Shown here piece after piece: positions 51,024-61,994 of a DNA stretch of 64,000 nt. The position numbers and the translations under genes are program-made. Within the stretch, counting starts at the first letter, position 1, and every line of letters begins with the position of its first letter. Source of the stretch: Tubulanus polymorphus (lineage: Eukaryota > Animalia > Nemertea); contig NC_134026.1 in NCBI RefSeq assembly GCF_964204645.1, positions 12,175,950 to 12,239,949 of the forward strand, given 5' to 3'. The notes under the pieces are model-generated. The model was not told the DNA's origin and made no database searches. It saw only the letters and a program-made list of their open reading frames with translations.

Positions 51024-51686
51024 ATGGAACCAGAACAACCACAAATTATCAATATTACAAATAACACTGGCGTTATAAACATATACTACAAGAAGTGTTC
51101 TAAATGTGAATTAGATAAATCATTAACAGAATTTAGTAAGCGTAAGATTAGCAAAGATGGTTTTCAATATTGCTGTAAAACTTGTTTTAAACTATACACC
51201 AAACAATACCGAGAAGATAATATAGAACATTATAATTATTATATGGCAGAATATATGAGAGAAAGATATCAAACAGATCTTAATTTTAGATTGAAACAAT
51301 GTTTACGGTCTAGATTAACACAATTATTCAACAAAGAAACACATTCAGAAACATTATCTGATCTATTAGGTTGTTCAGATGAATTTCTCAAATCATGGAT
51401 AATATATCAATTCGATGATAAAATGAATATAGATAATTATGGTGAATACTTTCATATTGATCATGTGTTACCAATATCTAAATTTGACATGAATGATGAA
51501 TACAATAAAAAACTTATTTGGAATTGGAAGAATTTTAGACCTTTAGAAAAGAAAGAAAATCAAATCAAATCTAATAAACTAGATTTACAGTTATATTCAG
51601 AACAGTTAACAAAGGTAAAGAAATTTATTGAATTATGGAATTCAACACATAATGAACAATACGTTGAGTCTTTAATGAGTGGTTAA
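51024..51686 (+). CDS. Zn-ribbon plus HNH endonuclease (giant-virus type)
   Basis: CSKC..CCKTC and HIDHVLP...WKNFRPLEKKENQIKSNK. Confidence 0.85.
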   Translation: MEPEQPQIINITNNTGVINIYYKKCSKCELDKSLTEFSKRKISKDGFQYCCKTCFKLYTKQYREDNIEHYNYYMAEYMRERYQTDLNFRLKQCLRSRLTQLFNKETHSETLSDLLGCSDEFLKSWIIYQFDDKMNIDNYGEYFHIDHVLPISKFDMNDEYNKKLIWNWKNFRPLEKKENQIKSNKLDLQLYSEQLTKVKKFIELWNSTHNEQYVESLMSG

Positions 51687-51911
51687 AGAATAATAGATTT
51701 TAAATAAAATATAATAAAAATTACATACCTTCAACTATCTATTATTTCTATTTTAATTTTTAATATTTTCTTTTCAAAAAAGAATACTTTATATCACAAA
51801 TAAAAAATACTAAAAAAACAATAACTAATACTAGAATTCTTTAGCTTTAACTAGCTAATATCATTTGAAGAATACTTATAATACTATTCTTATTAAATTT
51901 CTCTAATATAA

Positions 51912-52514
51912 ATGTCAAAGAAATCTAATAAGAATAGTATTGATATTGAAAAAACATTAGATGATTTAGGTATTAGTGATAATAAAGATACAGTTGTTTC
52001 TAATTCTATTCAAGTTAATAACAATATAGATTATGAATACTATTTATATTGTAAGCACCATATAGAACTATTGATTGCCGGTGGAAAAACTAATGAGTTT
52101 TTAAATAGAATCATTACTTTTCAAGAATTAGATGCTATGAAACCCGATAAAGTAATAAAATATTTTAAGATTTATGAAGAAGCTCGATTAGCTAGAATAA
52201 ATGATTCTATTTCAGATGGTATTGTCAAATGTTATTCTAAGTTATGTAACCAGTTAATACCAATTGATGATGAAAATAAATTATATAATGATTTGAAAAA
52301 TGACTATTTAGTTAGGACTGAATTACAAAAATGGGTTGGATATGCTTCATTTCAATTAGGATCAGTTATGACGTTGATTTCTACTGGTGTCATTACATTT
52401 TCGAATATCAAACCTATGGAATATAAATCAGGTAAGAATGAAACAGATGTACTACAACCAAACCGTGAAACAGAAAATGAATCAGAACAAAAATTAACTA
52501 AAATAAATGAGTGA
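51912..52514 (+). CDS. Polinton hypothetical protein
   Basis: Intact 200-aa ORF conserved in the second copy; TAAATG start. Confidence 0.8.
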   Translation: MSKKSNKNSIDIEKTLDDLGISDNKDTVVSNSIQVNNNIDYEYYLYCKHHIELLIAGGKTNEFLNRIITFQELDAMKPDKVIKYFKIYEEARLARINDSISDGIVKCYSKLCNQLIPIDDENKLYNDLKNDYLVRTELQKWVGYASFQLGSVMTLISTGVITFSNIKPMEYKSGKNETDVLQPNRETENESEQKLTKINE

Positions 52515-52893
52515 TGGAGTTAAGAAAAAGGCTAGATCCGAGAAACAAATTAAATGGGCAAGAGAATTAGGTAAAAGATCTTCAGAATTAAAAAAAGCTA
52601 AGAAAAAGAAATTAACTGATATAAATGAATCTGATATTGATTCAAATAATAATCCATCTAATTCTTCTAATGCTGGAAGTAATTATAAATTATATATTAC
52701 AATTGGATTAGTAACAGTTATTATATTATCTGGTGTAATATATAAATCAAAATTCAAATCTGATGATAAATATGATTCCAATGATGATCGGAAACTTAGT
52801 TATCCGTGTACAGACAATAAACCTATCATACCCGAAAATAAGTCAAATCATAAATCAAATGAAAATAAATCTAAAATATTATTAATGGATTAA
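52507..52893 (+). CDS. Polinton single-TM basic protein
   Basis: Hydrophobic LYITIGLVTVIILSGVIY; conserved in the second copy. Confidence 0.8.
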   Translation: MSDGVKKKARSEKQIKWARELGKRSSELKKAKKKKLTDINESDIDSNNNPSNSSNAGSNYKLYITIGLVTVIILSGVIYKSKFKSDDKYDSNDDRKLSYPCTDNKPIIPENKSNHKSNENKSKILLMD

Positions 52894-52899
52894 AATAAG

Positions 52900-53985
52900 A
52901 TGAAAAAAGAACAATATTTAAGAGATTTATATTATAACCCAGAAAGTGAAGTATCATATTCTAACGTTTCAGAATTATGGAATAAAATTAAATCTGATAA
53001 TAGCAATATAAAATATAGTGAATTAAAATCATGGTTACAAAATCAACCAACATATCAAATCCACAAGAAAATGGATAAAACTTATTTAACAAGAAAAGTT
53101 ATGGTTTCATATATCGATCAACAATGGCAAGCTGATTTAATTGATATGAAGAACTTAGAAGAATATAACAAAGGATATTTTTGGATACTAAATGTTATAG
53201 ATATATTCAGTAGATACGCATGGAGTATCCCGATTAAAAATAAAACTGGTATAGAAGTTACAAATTCTTTCAAATTAATATTTAAAGAAGCTATCCCAGA
53301 TAAAATACAATTTGATGAAGGTAAAGAATTTTATAACAAACATTTTAAAAAACTATTAACTGATAACGATGTAGAATATTTTTCAACACATTCAGATAAA
53401 AAAGCATCTGTTATAGAAAGATTTAATAAAACATTGAAAACTAGAATGTGGAAATATTTCACCGCTAATGAAACATATAAATATATCGATGTGTTAGATG
53501 ATTTAGTTAAAGGTTATAATAATTCTAAACATAGTTCTATAAATATGAAACCTATACAAGCTAGAAAAGAAGAAAATTCAGAAATAGTTTGGAATAATTT
53601 ATATGGAGCATTTGTTACACATGATTTTGGAGAACCTAAATTTAAAATAGGACAACATGTTAGAATTTCTAAATATCGAAAAACATTTTATAAAGGTTAT
53701 ACCCCTAATTTTACTGAAGAAATATTTAAAATTAAAAAGATAATATTAACTAAACCATTTGTTTATAAACTAGAAGATCTAAAAGATGAAGAAATATTAG
53801 GTTATTTCTATGAACAAGAATTATCACTTGTACCAAATCCAGATGAAATAGAATACAAAATAGAAAAAGTATTGAAAACTAAAACTCTTAAAGGAAAAAA
53901 GTATTCTTTGGTGAAATATAAAGGATATGATGATAAATTTAATGAATGGATTTTATCTAGTAAAATTAAAAGAATAAATGAATAA
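52900..53985 (+). CDS. Retroviral-like (c-)integrase with C-terminal chromodomain
   Basis: WQADLIDM, IDIFSRYAW, QFDEGKEF, IERFNKTLK, YNNSKHSSI, and chromodomain YKIEKVL...LVKYKGY....NEWI. Confidence 0.97.
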   Translation: MKKEQYLRDLYYNPESEVSYSNVSELWNKIKSDNSNIKYSELKSWLQNQPTYQIHKKMDKTYLTRKVMVSYIDQQWQADLIDMKNLEEYNKGYFWILNVIDIFSRYAWSIPIKNKTGIEVTNSFKLIFKEAIPDKIQFDEGKEFYNKHFKKLLTDNDVEYFSTHSDKKASVIERFNKTLKTRMWKYFTANETYKYIDVLDDLVKGYNNSKHSSINMKPIQARKEENSEIVWNNLYGAFVTHDFGEPKFKIGQHVRISKYRKTFYKGYTPNFTEEIFKIKKIILTKPFVYKLEDLKDEEILGYFYEQELSLVPNPDEIEYKIEKVLKTKTLKGKKYSLVKYKGYDDKFNEWILSSKIKRINE

Positions 53986-54593
53986 AGATTTGTTTATATT
54001 TGAACCACATAATATGTTAATAACTGGAGTTACAAATTGTGGTAAAACACACTTCATATTAGATTTATTAGAAACTATTTATCAGAATCATTTCGATAAT
54101 ATAATATTATTCTGCCCAACTTATGAAATGAATGAAACGTATAATAGAGATATAGTTTTTAAAGATAAAAAGTTTATTATATTAAATTCAAAAACAGTGA
54201 AAGATAATTTAGATAATTGTATAAAAATTGCAATAGATATTTATAAAGGATCTAATACATTATTTATTATTGATGATTGCGCAAATTTACATGATTCAAA
54301 AGTTAGAGAAAGTGAGTTATGTTATTTAGCTTTCTCTGGGAGACATTTTTGGGATAACAACATGGGTTTTAAATCAGAAATATAATTCAATTGTGAAAGA
54401 TTTTAGAGAGAATATAAGATTTCTAGTTTTATTCTACAACAAAGATAGAAAATCTATGCAACAATCATTAGAAGAAAATCAAATTATACCTACTGAATTA
54501 CATGATGAATATATGAATAAATTAAAGAATAATAAAGGTTCCAAATTACTTATGAGATTACAATTTCCATATGAATATAAATTTATAAAATAA
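53978..54593 (+). pseudogene. Packaging ATPase with a one-base frameshift
   Basis: GVTNCGKT and IIDD. CATTTTTGGG at about 54345 versus in-frame CATTTCGGG in the 37050 copy. Confidence 0.9.
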
Positions 54594-54651
54594 CTATTTG
54601 TATACCTATGTATTAGATACGTATTAGATATGTATTATATACCTCCCCTAA

Positions 54652-55213
54652 TGTCTTTATTATCTTTAGTACTTTAGTACTTTTAGTACATAAAGAATAA
54701 ATCTTTATTTTATTAATACTTTAAAAATAAAATAGAACTACTAAACTACTAAAGATAATAAAGACATAACAAACACCATAGATTTATCATTACTGAATCA
54801 AATATATATAATAAATCTGTAAGATAAATAAATTTATGATATTTATTACATCTATATGTGTTTGTTATGTCTTTATTATCTTTAGTAGGTTTAGTACTTT
54901 TAGTACATAAAGAATAAATCTTTATTTAATTAGTACTTAGAAAAATAAATATATAAATAATTTTTATAAATTATAAATCTATGATATATATAATAAATAT
55001 GTGTGATAAATAGATTTAATTATTGAAACAGTAATATATAAAATCCATCAGATGAATAAATATAATTATTGAAACAGTGTTATATATATATTTATGTCTT
55101 TATTGTCTTTAGTAGTTTAGTAGTTTTAAAAATAATTTTATTCACTACTAATAAAATAAAGATTTATTCTTTATGTACTAAAAGTACTAAACCTACTAAA
55201 GACAATAAAGACA
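54652..55213. repeat. Nested AT-rich inverted repeats between the convergent gene blocks
   Basis: TGTCTTTATT(A/G)TCTTTAGTA motif forward at about 54652, 54868 and 55095 and reversed ending at about 54766 and 55213. Outer arms are about 65 bp. Confidence 0.9.
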
Positions 55214-55240
55214 CAAAGGGTATTATATTCATATTTTAAA

Positions 55241-56397
55241 TTACTTTTCTGATTCTAATTCTGAAAACAATTTGCTCCATGCATCTCTTAATTCTTGCGA
55301 TCTTCTTTCACCTAATAGTTTAAAATGATAACTATTACTATTCAAACCCTTAACCCAGAATTCATAAGTTAAATAAATATATTGGTTTAATTTGTCTTCA
55401 CTTATATTTTTATATTCATTTTTTGCTTCATTTCTTATTTTATTTATAACATCCTGTGAAAAATCTTCATAACTGTAGTATTGAATTATTTCATCAAAGT
55501 TATCATTTATATTATCATTAGCAGCAACTTTTTTCAATTCTCTAAAAAATCTATATTTTTAAATTTTATGAAATAATGTATACTCCAATAATTATTTAGA
55601 TAAATTTTTATAATCGTCCGACGAGTTTTTAGATCTGATAATACTTGTTTTGGATTATTTCTTACATAATCGATAAAAATTGATCTATATAATTTCCTAT
55701 GATCATTATTTTCGATATCAAAAAATACACTTGGTGCTCTATAAAGGTAATTTAAATCAGCAGCTTTTATTGTATGTTCAAAAGAATTATCATGTTTAAT
55801 TCTATCTTTAGGTAATACAACAACATTACACTTTTCACATATATTTCTTTCTATATTATCCAAATGTATCTGTGTTAATTTATGCTTTGAAAAATTACTA
55901 CGACTTATATATTTATCACATTCTTCACAATATTTATCTTCTTTAACATTATCAATTTCACTATCATTATCCAATTCATTTAAAATCTTATTCTTTTTTT
56001 TCTTATGCTTGAGTGAATTAAGATGAGTTGCCCAATTCTTATAACTTTTATACTGTTTACATACGTCACAATATTTTTCATTTGTCTTTTTTGATTCAAT
56101 ATCATAATTCGATGTAGAAGGTATAACATTATCTTCTATTTTAGATTCAATATTATCTTCTATTTTATATTCAATATCATTCTTATCTTCTATTTTAGGT
56201 TCAATATTATCTTCTATTTTAGGTTCAATATTATCTTCTATTTTTGTTTCAATATTCTTATCTATTTTACTTATTCTATATTTGAATTGATTAAAGTAAT
56301 CTCCAAAATACTTACTGTATTCATCATAAGGTAATATATAATATATATCTGATATCATTTCACTTGGAGATTGTATTTCATATATTCCACCTTCCAT
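55241..56397 (-). CDS. Multi-C2H2 Zn-finger protein with an IEDNIEPK repeat (55241-55537 may be its frameshifted tail)
   Basis: YCDVC..H.....H, YCEEC..H.....H and ICEKC..H.....H fingers; 24-bp repeats at about 56110-56260. Confidence 0.75.
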
Positions 56398-56429
56398 TTA
56401 ATATAAGATTTTTTATTAAAGTTAAAATT

Positions 56430-57677
56430 TTAATACATAACACTATCTAATTGTGAATTTACAATATTTAATTGCGCGTCAGATATAATATAAATGTGCA
56501 TTTTAAAATTTTTGATTCCCTTTTTCTTTGTCATGAATAATTGTATTCCATCTTTAGTGTTCTGTAGTTTTTTTCCAGAACCATGTAATGAATTATCCTC
56601 TGTTGTTCTAAAATCTAACCATAATGCATATTTATTACCGGTATAATAATCAATTTGATTAATGTTACAATTTTCAAATGATTTTATTTTTTCATTCATA
56701 AAATGTTTTTTAATTTCTACCCATTGATCAATCATTCTCATTCCTTGACAGAATATTTTATTCGCTATACCTTCGATAGTTATTTCTACTTTTGTTATTT
56801 CAGGATTATAATAATTATCAACATTTATTGCGCCATTAGTATACGTTCCAATAGTAAAAAATATTAATATACCTTTAATAGATCTTCTAGGGAAGTTAAT
56901 ATTCTCATTAATTATTTCATCATTTGCATTAATAGTTACAGTTTTAAATTTATCAATATAATCATATAATAATGAAAATCCTTGATTGTATTGAGTTTGA
57001 ATTATACTTGAAATATTTTCATCAGTTACTGTATCATATTCTAAACATATATTCGATAATTTATAACTCATATCTTTATTAACGCTAGATAATACAATTT
57101 CATTTACAGGAGCAAATGTTATCTCAAATATAATATCTTCTTGAATTGCGTATTTATATAAAGGTGCATTATTATTTATCAATTCAAAGTCTAATGGAAT
57201 TTTATATTTGCTTCCATATATACTTTTTATCAATTTATCTACATCATTTGTTAATATTGCGCTATTAGCTTCTGATCTTAATTTATTTTGGTTTTCCGAT
57301 TGGATGCCTTGAAATATCATATTATTTCTATTTTCTTTAGTTAACCATAAATCTTTATAATGCATAAATAAATTATAATCATCTAATGAGAAAACTGTTT
57401 CCGGACCAATCTTTATTGTTAACTTTTTAATCAAATATCTTCCAACATTATCAACAACATAATTATTATTATTACCGGCTACTGTTATATCGGCTGATAA
57501 ATAAATACTATTTGGAACGTAAAAAGTATTTTGTGTTAATCTAGGAATTCTAACATATAAAGTTTCATCGGGATTAATATTTGAAGGGTTATGAGTAATT
57601 ATATGATGTGATCTTTCTGCTTTAATAGCGTTAGATATTCTAGAAATCTTCGAAGGACTTATATAACTCCCACTCAT
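56430..57677 (-). CDS. Probable major capsid protein (double jelly roll)
   Basis: 415 aa, beta-rich; NPSNINPDETLYVRIP, NVGRYLIKKLTIKIG and YALWLDFRT...LHGSG resemble recalled invertebrate Polinton MCPs; size and context fit. Confidence 0.8.
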   Translation of the reverse strand: MSGSYISPSKISRISNAIKAERSHHIITHNPSNINPDETLYVRIPRLTQNTFYVPNSIYLSADITVAGNNNNYVVDNVGRYLIKKLTIKIGPETVFSLDDYNLFMHYKDLWLTKENRNNMIFQGIQSENQNKLRSEANSAILTNDVDKLIKSIYGSKYKIPLDFELINNNAPLYKYAIQEDIIFEITFAPVNEIVLSSVNKDMSYKLSNICLEYDTVTDENISSIIQTQYNQGFSLLYDYIDKFKTVTINANDEIINENINFPRRSIKGILIFFTIGTYTNGAINVDNYYNPEITKVEITIEGIANKIFCQGMRMIDQWVEIKKHFMNEKIKSFENCNINQIDYYTGNKYALWLDFRTTEDNSLHGSGKKLQNTKDGIQLFMTKKKGIKNFKMHIYIISDAQLNIVNSQLDSVMY

Positions 57678-57702
57678 TTATTTAACAAAAAAAATTAATT
57701 AT

Positions 57703-59169
57703 TTATTTTTTGATATTTTTTGATATCATATTTACTAAACCAAAAATAATAGCACTTACAACCGTAATTAAAAATAAAATAATATGTTCAGCAGCAAAGT
57801 TAATAATGTTTCCTGCAGATTTCAATATAAAACCAACAATTGAAGCAATAACTCCTGGCAATGCTGCAGCAGATTTTTTAGATAGTTCCCATAAATATTT
57901 TGCTAATTTCTTTAAACCATCCTTAACTTTATCTTGTATAGAATTATTACCTGGAGGTTTATCTGGTTTATTTGGAGTAGGAGTAGATTTCAAAGCATTT
58001 GATATTGCTAAACCAATTGTTGTAAATAACATAGTTACAGCTGTTAGAATTGAAAGAATTGTTATTCCTTCTAATTTAAATAATAACTTTATTCTATCTT
58101 TCAATGATATTTCAGAATTTGGTTTAATCAACAAATCTTTAAAAATAACTTTTAATCTATTTATATTATAATCATATGATTTTAACAATAATTTAATTTC
58201 TTCTTTTTGTAATTCTATGTTATATTCTAAATCATCTATTTCTTTTTCTAAACGTAATTCTTTTTGCCTATATTCTATTTCATCAATTACTTGATGATCT
58301 AAATCAGACTTTATTTTTTCTATTTCTTTATTTTTATCAGTTAATTCTTTTTCTAAAGTTCTAATCTTAAAATCTCTTATACTTTTATCATGCGCAATTT
58401 TATCAGATGCAAGTCTTATACTAATAATTTCTCTAATTGCTTTATCAGAAAATATATCTAAATCTTCTAATTCTTGATCTGTTGCATCAAGTAACCCATT
58501 CGGTAAAAGTTTTTCAATTGGAACTTTATTTGATTTAAGTTTACTAGTTTTGGAAGTTATATTCTGTTCAGAAGTTGTTTCTGTTTCTAAATTATTATCG
58601 ATTGTTTCAAATAATTCATTAATTCTTTGTTTAAATACTCTTTCATTTTTAATAATTTCTTCTTGTGTTACATCTTCTGGTTCATTACTATTTCTTATTC
58701 TTTTAATTCAAGATAGGTCTAACTTAAGCAAAGTTGATTCTGCTAATATTTTTTCTTGTTTTTTATAAGAGATATCAATATAATAATCATCTTTCAAACG
58801 ATAATAATATTCACCATCTAAAAACTTTAATTCTTGTACTAAAAGTCTAGCGCCTCTGGTATTGATATTATATCCAGATTTTTCAAATATAGGTTTGAAA
58901 TTATAAATATATTCATTATATTCTAAATTTTGTTTTACTAAATCTGGATTTTCATTTTCAGGATTTATTCTCGATCTAGTTCTTCTATCAAATTCATCTG
59001 TTGATTGACCTTTAGAACCACTATCTGCTAAATTAGAATTATATGCTGATTCATCATCATTATCAATATTAGTTTCATTAAAATCGGGTTGTGGTTCATC
59101 ATCAATATATCCTTCATTATTATTTCCCATTTCTCCCATTTCATAATCTTCTCCACCTTCTACATCCAT
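57703..59169 (-). pseudogene. Acidic/coiled-coil protein with C-terminal amphipathic and TM helices (one frameshift near 58710)
   Basis: ORF 58708-59169 plus an open frame down to 57703; GITILSILTAVTMLFTTIG and AAALPGVIASIVGFILK. Confidence 0.7.
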
Positions 59170-59185
59170 TTACATAATAAAAAAA

Positions 59186-60487
59186 TTAAAATTTAAAATA
59201 TAATATTCCTCCGATTACAATTCCTATACAAGTTATAGCTAATTTAGTATTTTCATGGGATTTATTATCATCATTTAGTTTAATTATATCATGTTGAATT
59301 TTATCAGTTCTATTATTTTCTGATGTATTGTAATCTTTTATTTTAGAATCATTATTTAATTTAATATTATTAGTTTTAGTTTCAGTTGATTGAATATGTT
59401 TTTTATTTTTTTCACCTTCCATTAATTTTGGAGCAGTAATAATCTTTTTATTTATATCATTTAATCCAAATGAATTATTTATTGTTGCAGTTTTAATTAG
59501 ATTATTATAACCAATTATATTTCCCATCTTCAATACTAAATCATTAGAAATAATAAATAGATTAGGGCCTATACAATAATTAAGTCTTACATGAGATTTA
59601 TCTAAATAATTTTGATATCTTATAATGTTTTCTGGAATCGATCTATTTTTATCATTATGTATGGAATCTTCAAATAAAACTTTAAATTGTTTCTGTGTAT
59701 CAAATGAAGTGTTATCATTTCCAATTATTTGGGATCTTGTTTCAACTTGAGCGCCTAAAATACATATCAAATAAATTCTAATAGATTGATTTATTCTTTG
59801 TATACCTGATTTTGTAAAACCTTCACCATTTTCTAAAATGAAATTAACCCAACCATTATTATTATCAATTTTATAATTATGATAACCTCCAATTCTATGC
59901 ATATAATCAATTCTTTTTATTTCATACTGTTCACCAACACCTTGCAATTTACCATGCGCTCTGAAATCGGAATTAATATTTATATTAAATTCATTACATA
60001 TTTTATAAAACTTAGATAGATTAATATTATTATCCAATTCTTTAAAATATTTAGACCCGGGTAAAGGACATTCTAATTCATTTAATATTATTCTGATTTG
60101 AAAATATGTGTGAAATCTAAATATTGTGTGAATTAATTTTAAATCAGAATACTTCAAATTTTTATCTAAGTTATTTAAATGATCATTCCAACTAATTCCA
60201 CAACCTGTTGTTGCACAATAAACAGCAAAATTTAATTGATTCTGCCAATATTTCATATTAGATTTTACTTTATATATATGATATTCATCTCGAGTAAAAG
60301 TAACTTCATATGTATTAAATATATTTTCCATTTTAGAAATAAAAAACTGTGATTCAGTAACATAAATTTCTAAATTAGTTAATGAATTTAAAACTACATT
60401 TTTATATGTAATATTTTTCTTAAAATCTATTGCCGGAATATTATATTTAATTGATTTATTATATTGGAAAGCTTTTGGAAACCCCAT
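59186..60487 (-). CDS. Conserved Polinton protein with a C-terminal TM anchor
   Basis: 433-aa intact ORF; YWQNQLNFAVYCATTGCGISW is shared with the 13.9-14.3 kb copy. Confidence 0.8.
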   Translation of the reverse strand: MGFPKAFQYNKSIKYNIPAIDFKKNITYKNVVLNSLTNLEIYVTESQFFISKMENIFNTYEVTFTRDEYHIYKVKSNMKYWQNQLNFAVYCATTGCGISWNDHLNNLDKNLKYSDLKLIHTIFRFHTYFQIRIILNELECPLPGSKYFKELDNNINLSKFYKICNEFNININSDFRAHGKLQGVGEQYEIKRIDYMHRIGGYHNYKIDNNNGWVNFILENGEGFTKSGIQRINQSIRIYLICILGAQVETRSQIIGNDNTSFDTQKQFKVLFEDSIHNDKNRSIPENIIRYQNYLDKSHVRLNYCIGPNLFIISNDLVLKMGNIIGYNNLIKTATINNSFGLNDINKKIITAPKLMEGEKNKKHIQSTETKTNNIKLNNDSKIKDYNTSENNRTDKIQHDIIKLNDDNKSHENTKLAITCIGIVIGGILYFKF

Positions 60488-60503
60488 TTATATAATTAAA
60501 AAA

Positions 60504-60937
60504 TTAATAATTTATTAATTCTTTTAATAATTTATCTTGTTCTTCAACTGTTATATGACCATTTAAACTTATTATATAATCTAGTGTGTTCTTTAATTTA
60601 TTAATTTCTTTTATATTAGATTTTATTTTTTCTTTATTACTTTTTATATTTAATTTTGAACTTATACCAGTTAATACACTTGATGATAATCCTAATACAC
60701 CAATTGATATAGCTAAAGGTGTTAATGGGCTGAATATTGCTAAAAATGTTATTACAGAACTAATTGTAACCGAACCACTTATAACAAATAATATATAATT
60801 TTACTTTTTAAATATTTTTTCTTTTTAACTTTTAAGTCACTTTCAAATTCTAATATTTGTTTTTCTAAATATGTTTTTAATTTAGTTTTATTTATATCAT
60901 GAGGAATAATATCAATACTATCAACTTTATCTTCCAT
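60504..60937 (-). pseudogene. Small two-TM Polinton protein, disrupted
   Basis: MEDKVDS...SVITFLAIFSPLTPLAISIGVLG; homologue at 11698-13815. Confidence 0.7.
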
Positions 60938-60956
60938 TTATTTAGAATAAAAATTA

Positions 60957-61374
60957 CTAATTAGTAAATTTATAAGCAACAAATATAACAATAACTGTTC
61001 CACCTAAAATCCATATTATTTCATATTTTTGTTGTTCTTTACTTGGGGTATAATAATCTGATAATTTAGGTTTGTATAGATGTAATTTTTCTTTATTGGT
61101 TACTGCGTTATATAAACTCATTGCATCATCAACTGATTGAAAATCTCTATGTGAAATCTTCTGATTATATAATTCTTTATTGATGTAATCCATATAGTTT
61201 TGCCTCTTTTCTCTATATTCTTCTGCAGCTTTATTGTATTTCTCTAACGCTAAGTCTTCTTTGTTCTCCTAATGAACTATTTTTATCAATATGTTTAAAT
61301 AAATAACCACCACCAGTAAATGCTAAAGCGTTAACAATTGCCGATCCTATAATAGTTATAATTGCAGAAGCCAT
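60957..61374 (-). pseudogene. Small Polinton protein with N- and C-terminal hydrophobic helices, frameshift near 61260
   Basis: MASAIITIIGSAIVNALAFTGGGYLF, continuing into ORF 60957-61193. Confidence 0.7.
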
Positions 61375-61399
61375 TTATTTAGCAAAAAAAATTATGCAT

Positions 61400-61621
61400 T
61401 TATATGGGAGGAATATATTTTTGTTTTTCCAAATAATCAATTGTTAAATTAGATAAAGTAACCGCTAATGTTAATTTTAGAATATCATTTATATCAAATC
61501 TATCAACATTAACACTTCCCATTTTGAATACTTTTTTTAATACCATTGAATAACCAACAGTTCCAACTGATAGTAATGCACCATTATATAATCCAGTTAT
61601 TATCCACTTATTATCACTCAT
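61400..61621 (-). CDS. 73-aa hydrophobic Polinton protein
   Basis: TAAATG start; homologue at about 49632. Confidence 0.75.
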   Translation of the reverse strand: MSDNKWIITGLYNGALLSVGTVGYSMVLKKVFKMGSVNVDRFDINDILKLTLAVTLSNLTIDYLEKQKYIPPI

Positions 61622-61978
61622 TTATTTATCAAAAAAATTACTATCATCAAAATATTTAGTTAACTTAGTGATTATTAATTCAACATTTATTTTATTACTA
61701 GTTTCATTTGTATATATTTCAATTATTATTTTTTTAATATCATCTATGATAAAATCTTCATCTAATTCATAAAATCTTAAAGATTCTCTAATTAAATTAG
61801 TAATCTTTTCTACATTTAAAGTTTCTTTATCTATTGTTGTTTCATACTCAAATGTTGTTTCATTAGAAAATGCAATATTTTTGATATGTGTTATTACATC
61901 ATTAATATTAAATTGCATTTCTTTCTCACGTTTAAAATCAAATCCAAAACATATACTCGGTCCAACAGTTATATTCAT
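61622..61978 (-). CDS. Polinton hypothetical protein
   Basis: TAAATG start; homologue at about 49276-49615. Confidence 0.75.
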   Translation of the reverse strand: MNITVGPSICFGFDFKREKEMQFNINDVITHIKNIAFSNETTFEYETTIDKETLNVEKITNLIRESLRFYELDEDFIIDDIKKIIIEIYTNETSNKINVELIITKLTKYFDDSNFFDK

Positions 61979-61994
61979 TTATATAGTGAAAAAA

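Noticed and set aside
57710-58171. 153-aa plus-strand ORF and similar antisense ORFs (626-892, 7134-7487, 15856-16155, 26767-27120, 50711-51082)
   Set aside because: They are shadows of genuine genes on the opposite strand, with no motifs of their own.
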